Sequence record: ON568341.1
DNA length: 64,000 bases
Direction: 5' to 3' (one strand)
This document shows positions 10,461 to 28,321 of this stretch, piece by piece. The notes under the pieces were generated by a model. The model searched no databases and was not told the DNA's origin. It saw only the letters and a program-made list of their open reading frames with translations. The position numbers and the translations under genes are program-made. Within the stretch, counting starts at the first letter, position 1; every line of letters starts with the position of its first letter.

Positions 10461-11042
10461 ATGGCACAACAACAAATTGCGTTACAACAAGTAAGAACTG
10501 GTAAACAACGAGATTTACCAGATGCATTAGAAAAAGGTCAGATAGGGTTCAGTACTGATGTGGGTCGTGTTTTCATCGGACTTCCATCATCATCTGACCC
10601 TGCCAGTTTAGTTGCTGGTAGAACGTGGTCAACTGACCCGAATTCGGGTAAAGAAAACGTAGAAATAATTACAGAATTTTCGCCGTGGCGAACGGTTTCT
10701 AAAATAATCAATAGACCGTTTAAAGTCGATCTTCCACAAAATCAAGAAAAAATTGAAGTTATTCTTGAAAGTGAAAGTCGAGTGTTTATTGATTATATTG
10801 CATATAATGATTCTGAAGAAGTATTGGAATCTGGAACAGTGCAAATTGTAGCTATTGGAAGCAAAGCAATGTTTGCACAGTCTAATAATACAAATCGAAA
10901 TGATGCAATTATCTCTATTTCATTTGAAGATCCTGCATATGATTCCACAACTGGAAATATGCAATTTAACATAGTAAATTCGGATTATTTAAATTCAGGA
11001 TATCATATAGAATTTGTATATCGTGGGTGGGACAAACCTTAA
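10461..11042 (+). CDS. probable virion structural protein
   Basis: N-terminal LEKGQIGFSTDVGRVFIG resembles the motif of tail/tropism-type structural proteins; AGGAG RBS. Confidence 0.5.
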   Translation: MAQQQIALQQVRTGKQRDLPDALEKGQIGFSTDVGRVFIGLPSSSDPASLVAGRTWSTDPNSGKENVEIITEFSPWRTVSKIINRPFKVDLPQNQEKIEVILESESRVFIDYIAYNDSEEVLESGTVQIVAIGSKAMFAQSNNTNRNDAIISISFEDPAYDSTTGNMQFNIVNSDYLNSGYHIEFVYRGWDKP

Positions 11043-11062
11043 AAGGCGGTCCCGCCTTTTTC
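11041..11062 (+). terminator. intrinsic terminator
   Basis: aaaaggcgg-t-cccgcctttttt hairpin with U tract. Confidence 0.75.
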
Positions 11063-11107
11063 TTCCACTAAAAAAAGAAATTTACATCAAAAAAACAAGG
11101 ATGACAC

Positions 11108-13426
11108 ATGATTAACGTAACCAAGCGTAATGGAATGAAAGAACCGTTATCATTGGATAAGATCCATCAGATTTTATTTTTCGCTGCTGAAGGTCTAAGT
11201 GGTGTTTCAGTTTCTGAAATTGAAATTCGTGCACAACTTCAGTTTTATGAGGGTATTGAAACCAGTACTATTCATGATATTCTGATTAAAGCAGCCGCAG
11301 AACTTATTTCAGAAGATACACCAAATTATCAATATGTTGCTGGTAGGCTATTAAATTATAGTATTCGTAAGCAAGTGTATGGACAGTATGACCCGATTAA
11401 ATATGCTGCTCATCTTCAAGAAATGGTTGATATCAAAATATATGATCCTGAAATTCTTGAAAAATATACTCTTCAAGAAATAGAAGAGCTTGGGCGTTAC
11501 ATCAAACATAAACGTGACGATAAATTTACTTATGTTGCAATGCGACAATGGGAAGGAAAATACCTTTACAAAAACCGCGTTACTAAGAAAATTTACGAAA
11601 CTCCACAAATGGCATATATGACTATTGCAGCAATCATCTTTATGGAATATGATCGTTCCGTTCGTATGTCATATGTTAAAAAGTTTTATGATGCAGTAAG
11701 TAACTTTGACATTAGTCTTCCTACACCTATTATGGCTGGTCTACGTACAAACACCCGCCAGTTTAGCTCTTGTGTAGTGCTAAATGTTGGTGACAGCTTG
11801 GATAGTATTGGTTCATCTAATCACGCCATTCTACGTTATATTTCACGTAAAGCTGGCCTTGGTATTAATATGGGCCGCATTCGTGCCCTGGACTCCGAGA
11901 TTCGTTCAGGTGATGCAGTACATACTGGATTGATTCCGTTCATTGCAGCTACTGCTAAAACTGTTAAAAGCTGTTCACAAGGTGGTGTTCGTGGTGGAGC
12001 AGCAACTGTTCACTTTCCATTATGGCATTTGGAATTTGATAACTTGGTAGTTCTTAAAAACAACAAAGGTACTGAGTTTAACCGTGTACGTCAACTGGAC
12101 TATTGTTTCCAAGTAAACAAAACTTTGTATCAACGTTTGGTTGATGGAAAGAATATCACGTTCTTTAGTCCTAATGAAGTTCCTGGGTTATATGAAGCAT
12201 TCTGCTCCAATCAAAAAGAATTTGAAAAACTATATAAAAAATACGAATCTGACCAAAGTATCCGTAAAAAATCCGTACCTGCCGTTGAAGTATTCAGTAC
12301 TTTAATGACGGAACGTGCAGAAACTGGTCGTATATATATTCAAAATATTGACCATGCAAACACTCATTCAACATTTATTGAATCAATTGCACCTATCGAA
12401 CAATCCAACTTGTGTCAAGAAATCGCACTACCATCTGTTCCATTTGATGACATTAATACTGGTGAAGGTTTGATTAGTTTATGTACCTTGAGTGCAATCA
12501 ACTGGGGCAACTTTGACCGTCCAGAAGAGATGGAAACTGCATGTGATCTTTCTGTTCGTGCTCTTGATTCATTATTGGACTACCAAGACTACCCAGTAAT
12601 TCATGCAGACAGAGCAACCAAAATGTATCGTCCACTAGGTGTTGGTATTATTAACTTTGCATACTTCCTTGCTAAACGTGGTTTACGTTATGATGAAGCA
12701 GCATTGGAAACCGTTAACGAGTGGGCTGAAGCATGGTCTTACTATCTAATTAAATCTTCTGTACAGCTTGCTAAAGAGAAAGGTAAATGTGAAGGATTTG
12801 ATAATCTAAAATATGCCAAAGGTATCCTTCCAATTGATACTTATAAGTCTGACATTGATGAATTAGTAACTAAAGAACTAAAACAAGATTGGGAATCTTT
12901 ACGTGCAGATATTAAAGAATATGGTATTCGTAACGCAACAACAATGGCATTAATGCCAGCAGAAACAAGTGCACAAATTAGTAACAGTACTAACGGTATT
13001 GAAAAGCCACGTTCTCTTGTAACTAAGAAACTATCTAAGGATGGTATTCTTAAACAAGTAGTTCCAGAAATTAATAAGTTGAAAAACAAATATGATTTAC
13101 TATGGGATCAGAAAGATAACATTGGTTATCTACAAATTTGTGGTGTTCTACAAAAATACATTGACCAAAGTATCAGTGTTAATACCAGTTATAACCCAGC
13201 ACACTTCCCTGATGGGAAGTTACCAATGTCAACTCTCCTAACTGAGCTTATGTATGCATATAAGGTTGGTTTGAAAAATCTTTATTATCATAATACAAAT
13301 GATGGTTCAGATGAAGTAGACGTTGAGAAAGTACTGAAAGAAGCAGCAAAGCCAGAATCAGGACAGTTTGTCTTACCTACATTACCAGACTTAGATGAAG
13401 GTGATTGTGATAGCTGTAAAATCTAA
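11108..13426 (+). CDS. nrdA: ribonucleoside-diphosphate reductase class Ia, alpha subunit
   Basis: ATP cone (VTKRNG), QFSSCV, QGGVRGG, QSNLCQE, LCTLSAIN, MPAETS, LKNLYY, C-terminal CDSC. Confidence 0.97.
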   Translation: MINVTKRNGMKEPLSLDKIHQILFFAAEGLSGVSVSEIEIRAQLQFYEGIETSTIHDILIKAAAELISEDTPNYQYVAGRLLNYSIRKQVYGQYDPIKYAAHLQEMVDIKIYDPEILEKYTLQEIEELGRYIKHKRDDKFTYVAMRQWEGKYLYKNRVTKKIYETPQMAYMTIAAIIFMEYDRSVRMSYVKKFYDAVSNFDISLPTPIMAGLRTNTRQFSSCVVLNVGDSLDSIGSSNHAILRYISRKAGLGINMGRIRALDSEIRSGDAVHTGLIPFIAATAKTVKSCSQGGVRGGAATVHFPLWHLEFDNLVVLKNNKGTEFNRVRQLDYCFQVNKTLYQRLVDGKNITFFSPNEVPGLYEAFCSNQKEFEKLYKKYESDQSIRKKSVPAVEVFSTLMTERAETGRIYIQNIDHANTHSTFIESIAPIEQSNLCQEIALPSVPFDDINTGEGLISLCTLSAINWGNFDRPEEMETACDLSVRALDSLLDYQDYPVIHADRATKMYRPLGVGIINFAYFLAKRGLRYDEAALETVNEWAEAWSYYLIKSSVQLAKEKGKCEGFDNLKYAKGILPIDTYKSDIDELVTKELKQDWESLRADIKEYGIRNATTMALMPAETSAQISNSTNGIEKPRSLVTKKLSKDGILKQVVPEINKLKNKYDLLWDQKDNIGYLQICGVLQKYIDQSISVNTSYNPAHFPDGKLPMSTLLTELMYAYKVGLKNLYYHNTNDGSDEVDVEKVLKEAAKPESGQFVLPTLPDLDEGDCDSCKI

Positions 13427-13432
13427 ATAAAG

Positions 13433-13457
13433 ATCCCGCCACGGCGGGATTGTTTTT
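13433..13457 (+). terminator. intrinsic terminator after nrdA
   Basis: atcccgcc-ac-ggcgggat followed by tgttttt. Confidence 0.75.
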
Positions 13458-13471
13458 AACGGGGTGATATA

Positions 13472-14245
13472 ATGAAAGTAGATTATTTTAAACCAATTAG
13501 TATTGGTTTCATTGAGGAATTTTGGGATGATTTGGACATGGATATGATTGTCCGTCATCAAAAGCTTCCAGACGATTTCATTAAGAAGCATTTTGATAAA
13601 ATGAACCCTAACATGTTGGTTCGTTATCAAACCATGTCGATTGATTTCATAAAAGAAAAATGGGAATGGTTTGATAAGAACATTTTGGCAACATATGTTG
13701 TCATGCCACTAGAACTCATTAAAGAGAAGTGGTATGATTTTAAAGATAACTTTCTTGGAACAGTTGCAAAATACCAAAAAATGTCATTGGATTTTATCCA
13801 AGAAAAATGGGATGACTTTGTAGAGTTTAAAAATGGCGTAATGTCAGAAATCTCACGTTACCAAAAACTAACTTTGGATTTCATACAAGAGAAGTGGGAA
13901 TATATAGATAAGAATTATATTTCTTATTATCAAACTTTAACTGTTGATTTCATCAAAGACAACTTGGAAGAACTTAATGTTGCTGCGGTATCTGCATTCC
14001 AAATTATTTCTGATGATGTTCGAAATCTTATGGGATTGGATGCACCAGCAGCAACCATTACAGGAAACCAAATATTAGCTCTAGACCCGTGTCCAGAGGG
14101 TATGGCACGATATAACGCCCATACCCCTGATAACACAACGGTACTGACATGGAATGAATTATTACAAAAACACTTGGGTACACAGGAAGGAATTCGTGAT
14201 ATCCATTGGCTGTCTTATAAACTAGGACATAACATCAATACATAA
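13472..14245 (+). CDS. tandem-repeat protein (Q[KT]LxxDFIxEKW repeats)
   Basis: About 7 imperfect 22-29 aa repeats; GGGGTG RBS. Confidence 0.75.
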   Translation: MKVDYFKPISIGFIEEFWDDLDMDMIVRHQKLPDDFIKKHFDKMNPNMLVRYQTMSIDFIKEKWEWFDKNILATYVVMPLELIKEKWYDFKDNFLGTVAKYQKMSLDFIQEKWDDFVEFKNGVMSEISRYQKLTLDFIQEKWEYIDKNYISYYQTLTVDFIKDNLEELNVAAVSAFQIISDDVRNLMGLDAPAATITGNQILALDPCPEGMARYNAHTPDNTTVLTWNELLQKHLGTQEGIRDIHWLSYKLGHNINT

Positions 14246-14264
14246 TATATAAGGAAATATATAA

Positions 14265-15389
14265 ATGTCCGTTTTTAAAATTAACGAAAAATCACACTTA
14301 GAAAAAAATATGTTTTTTGATGAAAGTGTTGACATTCAACGATTTGAAAGTGTAAAATATTCAGCACTAGAGAAACTAACTGAACAACAAAAAAGTTTCT
14401 TCTGGACCCCAGGAGAAGTTGATGTATCTAAAGATAAAATTGATTTTGCCAACCTTAATGATTCAGAGAAGCACATTTTTACCTCTAACTTGAAGCGTCA
14501 AATTCTTCTTGATTCTGTACAAGGTCGTGGCCCAAACTTAATGTTACTACCATATGCATCTCTACCGGAACTAGAGAACTTTATTGAGACATGGGCATTC
14601 TTTGAAGGTGCGATTCATAGTAAATCATACACTCATATTATTCGTAACATTTATCCTAATCCATCTGAAGTGTTTGATACTATGTTGGACATTCCAGAAA
14701 TCACCGATTGTGCGGCTGATGTATCTAAGTATTATGATGAACTAGATGAGCTAGGTACATGGTATAAAGTTCTGGGTAAAGGAACTCACAATGTCAATGG
14801 TAAAACTATTGTCGTTGATATGTACGAACTTAAAAAGAAAATGTGGTTGTGTCTGAATAGTATTAACATTCTTGAAGGTGTGCGTTTTTACGCAAGTTTT
14901 GCCTGTTCGTGGGCTTACGCTGAAAATAAACTTATGGAAGGTAATGCTAAAATTATTCGTCTAATTTGTCGTGATGAAAATTTACACTTAGCGGCAACAC
15001 AAATGATTCTCCGACTACTCAAGAAAGAAGATCTAGACTTTGCAAAAATCGCAGAAGAGTGCTATGATGAAGTACTGGAAATGTTTATGTCTGCAATTCG
15101 TCAAGAAGAAGCTTGGGCAGACTTCCTTTTTAAAGATGGTTCAATCATTGGTCTGAATGCAGAAATCCTAAAACAATATGTTCGCTGGATTGGTTCTAAA
15201 CGTATGTCGGCACTAGGAATTAAATGTCCATATACTGTATCTAAGAGCAACCCACTACCTTGGACTGAGCATTGGGTTAGTGGTGGTTCAGTACAAGTTG
15301 CACCACAAGAAACGGAAATAAGTTCTTACATCATTGGTGGTATTGTGAATGATATCCAAGGAGATACATTTACACCATTCAAACTATAA
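14265..15389 (+). CDS. nrdB: ribonucleoside-diphosphate reductase class Ia, beta subunit
   Basis: FFWTPGEVD, LLDSVQGR, HSKSY (radical Tyr), LEGVRFY, RDENLH, QETEISSY. Confidence 0.96.
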   Translation: MSVFKINEKSHLEKNMFFDESVDIQRFESVKYSALEKLTEQQKSFFWTPGEVDVSKDKIDFANLNDSEKHIFTSNLKRQILLDSVQGRGPNLMLLPYASLPELENFIETWAFFEGAIHSKSYTHIIRNIYPNPSEVFDTMLDIPEITDCAADVSKYYDELDELGTWYKVLGKGTHNVNGKTIVVDMYELKKKMWLCLNSINILEGVRFYASFACSWAYAENKLMEGNAKIIRLICRDENLHLAATQMILRLLKKEDLDFAKIAEECYDEVLEMFMSAIRQEEAWADFLFKDGSIIGLNAEILKQYVRWIGSKRMSALGIKCPYTVSKSNPLPWTEHWVSGGSVQVAPQETEISSYIIGGIVNDIQGDTFTPFKL

Positions 15390-15400
15390 ATTCAAACTAT

Positions 15401-15424
15401 AAAGGGATTCATAGAATCCCTTTT
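15401..15424 (+). terminator. intrinsic terminator after nrdB
   Basis: aaagggattc-ata-gaatcccttttt. Confidence 0.75.
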
Positions 15425-15440
15425 CTTATGGGTATAATAT

Positions 15441-17043
<1,603 letters not shown>

Positions 17044-17044
17044 T

Positions 17045-17075
17045 AAAAAAAGGAGCAACATTTTGTTGCTCCTTT
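17045..17075. terminator. bidirectional terminator between convergent genes
   Basis: aaaggagcaaca-ttt-tgttgctccttt, with an A tract on the left and a T run on the right. Confidence 0.8.
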
Positions 17076-17078
17076 AGC

Positions 17079-18481
<1,403 letters not shown>

Positions 18482-18566
18482 TGTTAATCTCCAATCGTAT
18501 TGTTATTTTTATAAAGTATTTACCCATTTTTATGTTTTATATAGTTTATATGGAGAAAGAAGTAAT

Positions 18567-19869
<1,303 letters not shown>

Positions 19870-19896
19870 CTTGAAATGTAGAAATCAGTCGAGGGA

Positions 19897-21240
19897 ATGA
19901 TGAGTAAAATTAAGCTTACGGATAAGCAACAAGAAATCTTTGATGATTTTATAGATCGTGTTTACAACTATGCAGGTAAGACAATTTCAGTTTTATCTGC
20001 ACCAGCAGGAACTGGAAAAACATTCACTACCGCTGAGATTGTAAAAGCATTATGTAAAAACTATAATATTGCAGTAACTTCACCTACACATAAAGCCAAT
20101 GCGGTTATTCGCAATATGCTAATTAACAATGCTGGTCTTACTAAGGAAGACGCACAAGTTAGTACTATACATTCTTTTTTAGGATTGAAATTAGTATATG
20201 AAAAGAATCGTCAAGTACTAAAACATGACCCACAGAGTAAAGTCAGCAACACGAACGTTGATATTCTTATTGTTGATGAGTGTAGTATGATTTCAGATGA
20301 ACTATTTCAGCATATACAGGACCAATTGTGGCGTGTCCGTCGAGCAGTTTTATTCATTGGTGATCGTTGTCAGTTACCACCAGTTGAGTCGGAAGGTACG
20401 ATGGGGGAGACTAAATTGTCCCCTACATTTGATGTGCCTGTTCAGTATGAATTAACTGAGGTTTTACGCCAAGCATTGGATAATCCTATTCTGGCAATTG
20501 CAACTGCAATTCGTGAGTGTATTGGGACTAGTAAAAATCCATTTGATATTATGCACCAAACCCATGGGTTGAGCACTATTACACCTATAGATGATGAAGA
20601 TTTATTTCTAAATGTTTATCGTGAATTTATAATGGAAAATAAGGGGTCATCTAAAAAAATATTTGATTTTGTAAATGAAAATAAAATTCTAGCATACACA
20701 AATTATAGAGTTAATTTGGCTAATATTTACATTAGAAGTCAATTATTTGAAGTTCCAGATGAATTTACTAAAGGTGAACCAATTGTTTTTGAAAGTATAA
20801 CTGAGAATAGCCCTTATGTAGTACAACAAATAATTCAATGTCCTGAAGTAAAACGTGAAAGTTTTATGGGTATTGATTGTTGGCAATTCCGTTTACCAAA
20901 TGGTAGTTATATTTTGGGTGTAGGACCAGAGACAAGAATTGCGATGGACGAAAAACTTGATAAACTTGTTAAGGATATTGAGAAAAAAGAAATAAACCCA
21001 TTGACAAAGAAACCATATATGTGGCAGGATTATTATGTTATAAAGAATAAATTACATATCATTAATTATCCGTATGCAACAACTGTTCATAAATCGCAAG
21101 GAAGTACTTTTGACAACATTTGGTTTGACACTGATTTTATTGAACGCATAGGAACTAATGATACGAAGTGTAGAATTTTATACACAGCAATGACCCGTCC
21201 TAGATATAGTGTTATTCTGAGACAGAACGCCCGATTCTAA
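19897..21240 (+). CDS. dda: SF1B 5'-3' helicase, Dda/RecD-like
   Basis: APAGTGKT, SPTHKA, TIHSFL, VDECSM, GDRCQLPPV, YATTVHKSQGSTF, LYTAMTR. Confidence 0.9.
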   Translation: MMSKIKLTDKQQEIFDDFIDRVYNYAGKTISVLSAPAGTGKTFTTAEIVKALCKNYNIAVTSPTHKANAVIRNMLINNAGLTKEDAQVSTIHSFLGLKLVYEKNRQVLKHDPQSKVSNTNVDILIVDECSMISDELFQHIQDQLWRVRRAVLFIGDRCQLPPVESEGTMGETKLSPTFDVPVQYELTEVLRQALDNPILAIATAIRECIGTSKNPFDIMHQTHGLSTITPIDDEDLFLNVYREFIMENKGSSKKIFDFVNENKILAYTNYRVNLANIYIRSQLFEVPDEFTKGEPIVFESITENSPYVVQQIIQCPEVKRESFMGIDCWQFRLPNGSYILGVGPETRIAMDEKLDKLVKDIEKKEINPLTKKPYMWQDYYVIKNKLHIINYPYATTVHKSQGSTFDNIWFDTDFIERIGTNDTKCRILYTAMTRPRYSVILRQNARF

Positions 21241-21323
21241 CATACTAAATAATATACTTAAATATTTTTGATTTTTAATCATAAATAATCAAAAGTGTTT
21301 TGTATTATGGAGAAGAATATACA

Positions 21324-21890
21324 ATGAACAATTTACTACATGTATTTAAAATTGAAGTTGCAGGAACGAATCTAGATAATATCCCATATTATATGTATGG
21401 TGATTATGATTCATCTTCTACAACTACTGCCCCAACCGATAAGCAAACTACTGATAAATCAGTTGCACTTTTGCGTTATCTACAACTTTCACGCTTGTTA
21501 TCAACATATTCAGTACCAGTTTATAGTAATGTTGAGTTTTCTACACAAGGAACTGCCAAAACTATCCCATCTGATGCAACTATTACAGTAGGGTATATTA
21601 GTTATCAACCGTTTCTTAGCACCCTGAGTGATGTAGAACTAGCTAAATTAACAACTGAAGATATGAAAACAGAGAAAGCTGCTGAAATTATTCAAAATCT
21701 AATTAATGATTCATTGAAAGGTAACGGCAAAACGGCTATTGTTAATGAAGAAGTCACTGTACAAAAAACTATCAAACGAAACAAAAATGCACTAAGCACT
21801 GATGAAGTTGAATTCATTGAGTATGAGAATGTGTTCCTTGATGTTCCCTCCATTGAGGATGCATCAGTAGTATCTTACGTTAAATTATAA
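21324..21890 (+). CDS. hypothetical protein (late, possibly structural)
   Basis: GGAG RBS before ATG 21324; CTAAATA/ATAAATA upstream. Confidence 0.6.
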   Translation: MNNLLHVFKIEVAGTNLDNIPYYMYGDYDSSSTTTAPTDKQTTDKSVALLRYLQLSRLLSTYSVPVYSNVEFSTQGTAKTIPSDATITVGYISYQPFLSTLSDVELAKLTTEDMKTEKAAEIIQNLINDSLKGNGKTAIVNEEVTVQKTIKRNKNALSTDEVEFIEYENVFLDVPSIEDASVVSYVKL

Positions 21891-21913
21891 TTTTATAATA
21901 TGGAGTTCTTGAC

Positions 21914-22108
21914 ATGGCAGACAAAACATTTTATGATCGTATTATTGAAGACAAGGGAGTTTTTGATAAGGTAGTTTATGACTTGGAACTTATGATCAAA
22001 GACGCACCAAATCCACGAGTACGAACACAAGCAGAATTTGCAAAAACTTATCTTGTTCAAGTTCAAGCAATCTGTGAAGCAATTAAACAACACAATGATA
22101 GAACTTGA
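21914..22108 (+). CDS. hypothetical protein
   Basis: GGAG RBS, 64 aa. Confidence 0.65.
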   Translation: MADKTFYDRIIEDKGVFDKVVYDLELMIKDAPNPRVRTQAEFAKTYLVQVQAICEAIKQHNDRT

Positions 22109-22133
22109 CAGAACCAACGTTCTATCCTATAAT
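22105..22133 (+). promoter_or_regulatory. consensus sigma70 (early) promoter
   Basis: TTGACA-17-TATAAT, exact. Confidence 0.85.
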
Positions 22134-22177
22134 TACTATTGAACAAAACATTAAAATCATATTGGAGCTTTTATTAC

Positions 22178-23240
<1,063 letters not shown>

Positions 23241-23250
23241 AATATAGATT

Positions 23251-25416
<2,166 letters not shown>

Positions 25417-25417
<1 letters not shown>

Positions 25418-26208
25418 TGCCAAGCAAAAGTAAAAAACAGGCTAAATTCTTTGCTATAGCAGCACATGATCCAGAATTTGCAAAGAAAGCAGGAATTTCA
25501 CAAAGTACGGCTAAAGAATGGAATGCTGCTGATGAAAAGAAAGGGTATCTCAAAAAAAGTTCTGAACTTCCAGATAAAGTAAAAGAATCAAGTATGCGTA
25601 GTTTAGTAGATATTGTACAAGATGCTGAATTGGCTGATACAGACAACAGAACTTGTGATATAATGGATGCTTGTGATGAAGACAAAGATACATTGGAAGA
25701 AATGCCACAACGTTTTGATAGTTTCCAAGGCCAAGACCGAGACGAGTTTGTTGACAAAACGGCTGAAATGACGGGTAAACATAACATGGTTAAGTTCTCT
25801 GACCACAAAGACTATGATGTGTATATGAACAAAAACGGAACTGGATTTATTGCTTACGATAAGTCTGGTAAACAGCTTGCTATTGTTAGTGGGCATTTTT
25901 CAAATGATGCGGTGCTTGGTGTTCAAAATGTATTTGAAATTTCTGCTACTGCTTCTAAAACTGGAACTAAAGGTATAATTTATACTATCTTCATGGATAT
26001 GGTATCACGTGGTATGAAAGTTCTGAGTGATAATCTTCATACTGATGATGCAATTAAATTTTGGACACGTTTAATTGGTTCCCACCAAGTTTATATTGTT
26101 GGTGGTGGTGAAGTACTTGCAAAGGCGAGTCCAGATAAGGTTCATAAGTACTGGAGTGATGATGAATCAAGTCCAAGTGCGGAACTACAACTTATGTTAG
26201 TAAAATAA
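25417..26208 (+). CDS. probable internal head protein with GNAT-like C-terminal domain
   Basis: MPSKSKKQAKFFAIAAHDPEFAKKAGI...; C-terminal KGIIYTIF...VLSDNLHTDDAIKFWTRL. Confidence 0.45.
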
Positions 26209-26210
26209 TA

Positions 26211-26243
26211 AAAATATCGGGGCTAGATGTCCCGATATTTTTT
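26211..26243 (+). terminator. intrinsic terminator
   Basis: aaaatatcggg...cccgatatttt plus T tract. Confidence 0.8.
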
Positions 26244-26272
26244 TGAGACAGAAATAACATTGGTGATACAAT
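26244..26272 (+). promoter_or_regulatory. promoter TGAGAC-N17-TACAAT with extended -10
   Basis: tgagac agaaataacattggtga tacaat, upstream of topoisomerase. Confidence 0.6.
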
Positions 26273-26306
26273 GTTGTATGACAAAGAGACATGATAAGGA
26301 ATTCAA

Positions 26307-28271
26307 ATGGCTAAGAAAGAAAGTGCTGTTCTACAGGAACATGATGTTCAACGACTCAACGATTATCAACATGCTCGTTTGCGTACAGAGATGTACCTTG
26401 GTTCTCGTTCTGTGCATGAAAGTCAAGTATTGATTTTTGGCGAATCTGGATATGAGGTCAAGAACGTAGAATGGGTTCCTGCAATTCTTACTGCTACACG
26501 TGAAATTATTGATAACAGCTTAGATGAATTTAAAAAAGCGGGAACTAAAGAACCCGTTTTGAAAGTGGACTTCAATGAAGAAGAGCTATCATTTGAAATT
26601 AGTGATAATGGTCGTGGTATCCCAATCGATTATGTTCCAGAATATCAGAAAAACTTATGTACTATGGTAATGACCGAAACCAAAACTGGTCGTAACTTTG
26701 ATGATTCAAAACGCGATGAAACCATTGGTCAAAATGGATTGGGTGGTTCAGTTGCGATGATTGTTAGTTCTAAAGCAGAATTGGAAATTCATCGTCAAGG
26801 TCGTCCATATAAAACACAAAGTAGCAATGATGGTTATGATGGCTTTTATAAGTTCAATCAGAAATTTGAGGAAGGGACAATCATGTTCCCTGAACTTTAT
26901 GTGCATGAACCTACTATTAGAAAGGTACAAACCGATAAAACTGGAACAACAATTCGTTTCACATTGAGTAAAGAAGTTTTTCCAAATAGAAAACTACCTA
27001 CTGAATTACTTTATAGTATTCTTAAAGAAATGGCTGCTGCTAACCCAACTTATAAAATATTTTTAAATGGTAAACGTATTTCTATTAAAGGAAACACTGA
27101 AAAAGCATTATTCAATTCACCTAAATTGATGCAGTTAAATGTTAAAGATGAATCTTTCAATTTTAACAGTACTTTTTATATTGTTCCTAATGCTGTATCT
27201 GGTATGAACACCAACTTTCATATGCATGGGTTGGTTAATAACGCACCTGCATTTGATGGTGGTACACATCTTGACACATTTAAAAAATTCTTTTCTTTAG
27301 GTGTAGGAGCAGCATTAGAGAAAGAATCCAAGAAACGTAGAATGAAACCAAACCGTTCTGATATTGAAGAAGGATTGTTGATTTATAACGTCACAACGAT
27401 GAAAGCACCTTCGTTCAATTCACAGATTAAATCTAAACTAACAAATGAAAATGTAATTCGTCCTATTCAACAAGCAATGAGTTCTGAGTGGTTTGATGAA
27501 TTGGTTAAGAAAAATAAAGAGTGGGTTGATGAAATTTTTGAACGCTGTGCTGCCCGTACTAATAAGAAAGATGCTGAAGAAGATCGCCGATTAGCTAAAA
27601 AGCTTCTAAAAGGAAAGGTTGCAAAATTACTTGATAGTACTGGTACTGATCGTTCACAGTGTATTTTATTGATTGCAGAAGGGGACTCAGCAATTTCGAA
27701 CATGGCAAGTGCTCGTATACCAAGTATTCATGGGATTCTACCATTGCGTGGTAAGATTATGAACGTTAGTGGTTCTGAAAAGACCAAAGAATTAATGGAT
27801 TCAATGGCATTGCATGACATAATGGCTAGTATCAATTTAGTACCAGGTGTTAAAGCGGAACGAGCAGACCTGAACTATGGTAAGCTTTATATTTGTGCAG
27901 ATGAAGATGAAGATGGTAAGAATATTGGTGCATTAGTATGTAACTTCCTTTTCAAATTCTGGCCTGAATTGTTCCAAGATCCAGAAAATCCATTTGTGTA
28001 TATATTCAAAACACCATTTATCATTCTAGAGAAAGGTAAGGAAACAAAATACTACTATGGTCATGACGTACATGAATACAATCCTGACGATTGGAAAGGT
28101 TGGAAAGCAACTCGTGCAAAAGGGCTTGGTACGCTAGAAAAATCAAACTTCCGCGACGCATTCACACATAGTGTTGCAGTAGCAATCACAGATGATGGGC
28201 GACTTGGTGAAACTCTTGATTTGATTTTCAACAAAAAACGTGCAGATGACCGCAAGAACTGGATGGAATAA
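26307..28271 (+). CDS. type II DNA topoisomerase large subunit (GHKL ATPase + Toprim; T4 gp39+60/GyrB-like)
   Basis: EIIDNSLDE, DNGRGIP, GQNGLGG, AEGDSA, PLRGKIMNV, DEDEDGKNI, KGLGT. Confidence 0.95.
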   Translation: MAKKESAVLQEHDVQRLNDYQHARLRTEMYLGSRSVHESQVLIFGESGYEVKNVEWVPAILTATREIIDNSLDEFKKAGTKEPVLKVDFNEEELSFEISDNGRGIPIDYVPEYQKNLCTMVMTETKTGRNFDDSKRDETIGQNGLGGSVAMIVSSKAELEIHRQGRPYKTQSSNDGYDGFYKFNQKFEEGTIMFPELYVHEPTIRKVQTDKTGTTIRFTLSKEVFPNRKLPTELLYSILKEMAAANPTYKIFLNGKRISIKGNTEKALFNSPKLMQLNVKDESFNFNSTFYIVPNAVSGMNTNFHMHGLVNNAPAFDGGTHLDTFKKFFSLGVGAALEKESKKRRMKPNRSDIEEGLLIYNVTTMKAPSFNSQIKSKLTNENVIRPIQQAMSSEWFDELVKKNKEWVDEIFERCAARTNKKDAEEDRRLAKKLLKGKVAKLLDSTGTDRSQCILLIAEGDSAISNMASARIPSIHGILPLRGKIMNVSGSEKTKELMDSMALHDIMASINLVPGVKAERADLNYGKLYICADEDEDGKNIGALVCNFLFKFWPELFQDPENPFVYIFKTPFIILEKGKETKYYYGHDVHEYNPDDWKGWKATRAKGLGTLEKSNFRDAFTHSVAVAITDDGRLGETLDLIFNKKRADDRKNWME

Positions 28272-28282
28272 TATAGGCTAAT

Positions 28283-28305
28283 GGGGAACATGGTGTTCCC
28301 CTTTT
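28283..28305 (+). terminator. hairpin/terminator between topoisomerase subunits
   Basis: ggggaaca-tgg-tgttcccc tttt. Confidence 0.65.
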
Positions 28306-28321
28306 ATAAAGAGACAATGGA

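Noticed and set aside
11108-15389. Introns or inteins in nrdA/nrdB
   Set aside because: Both are continuous, of normal length and have all motifs in order.
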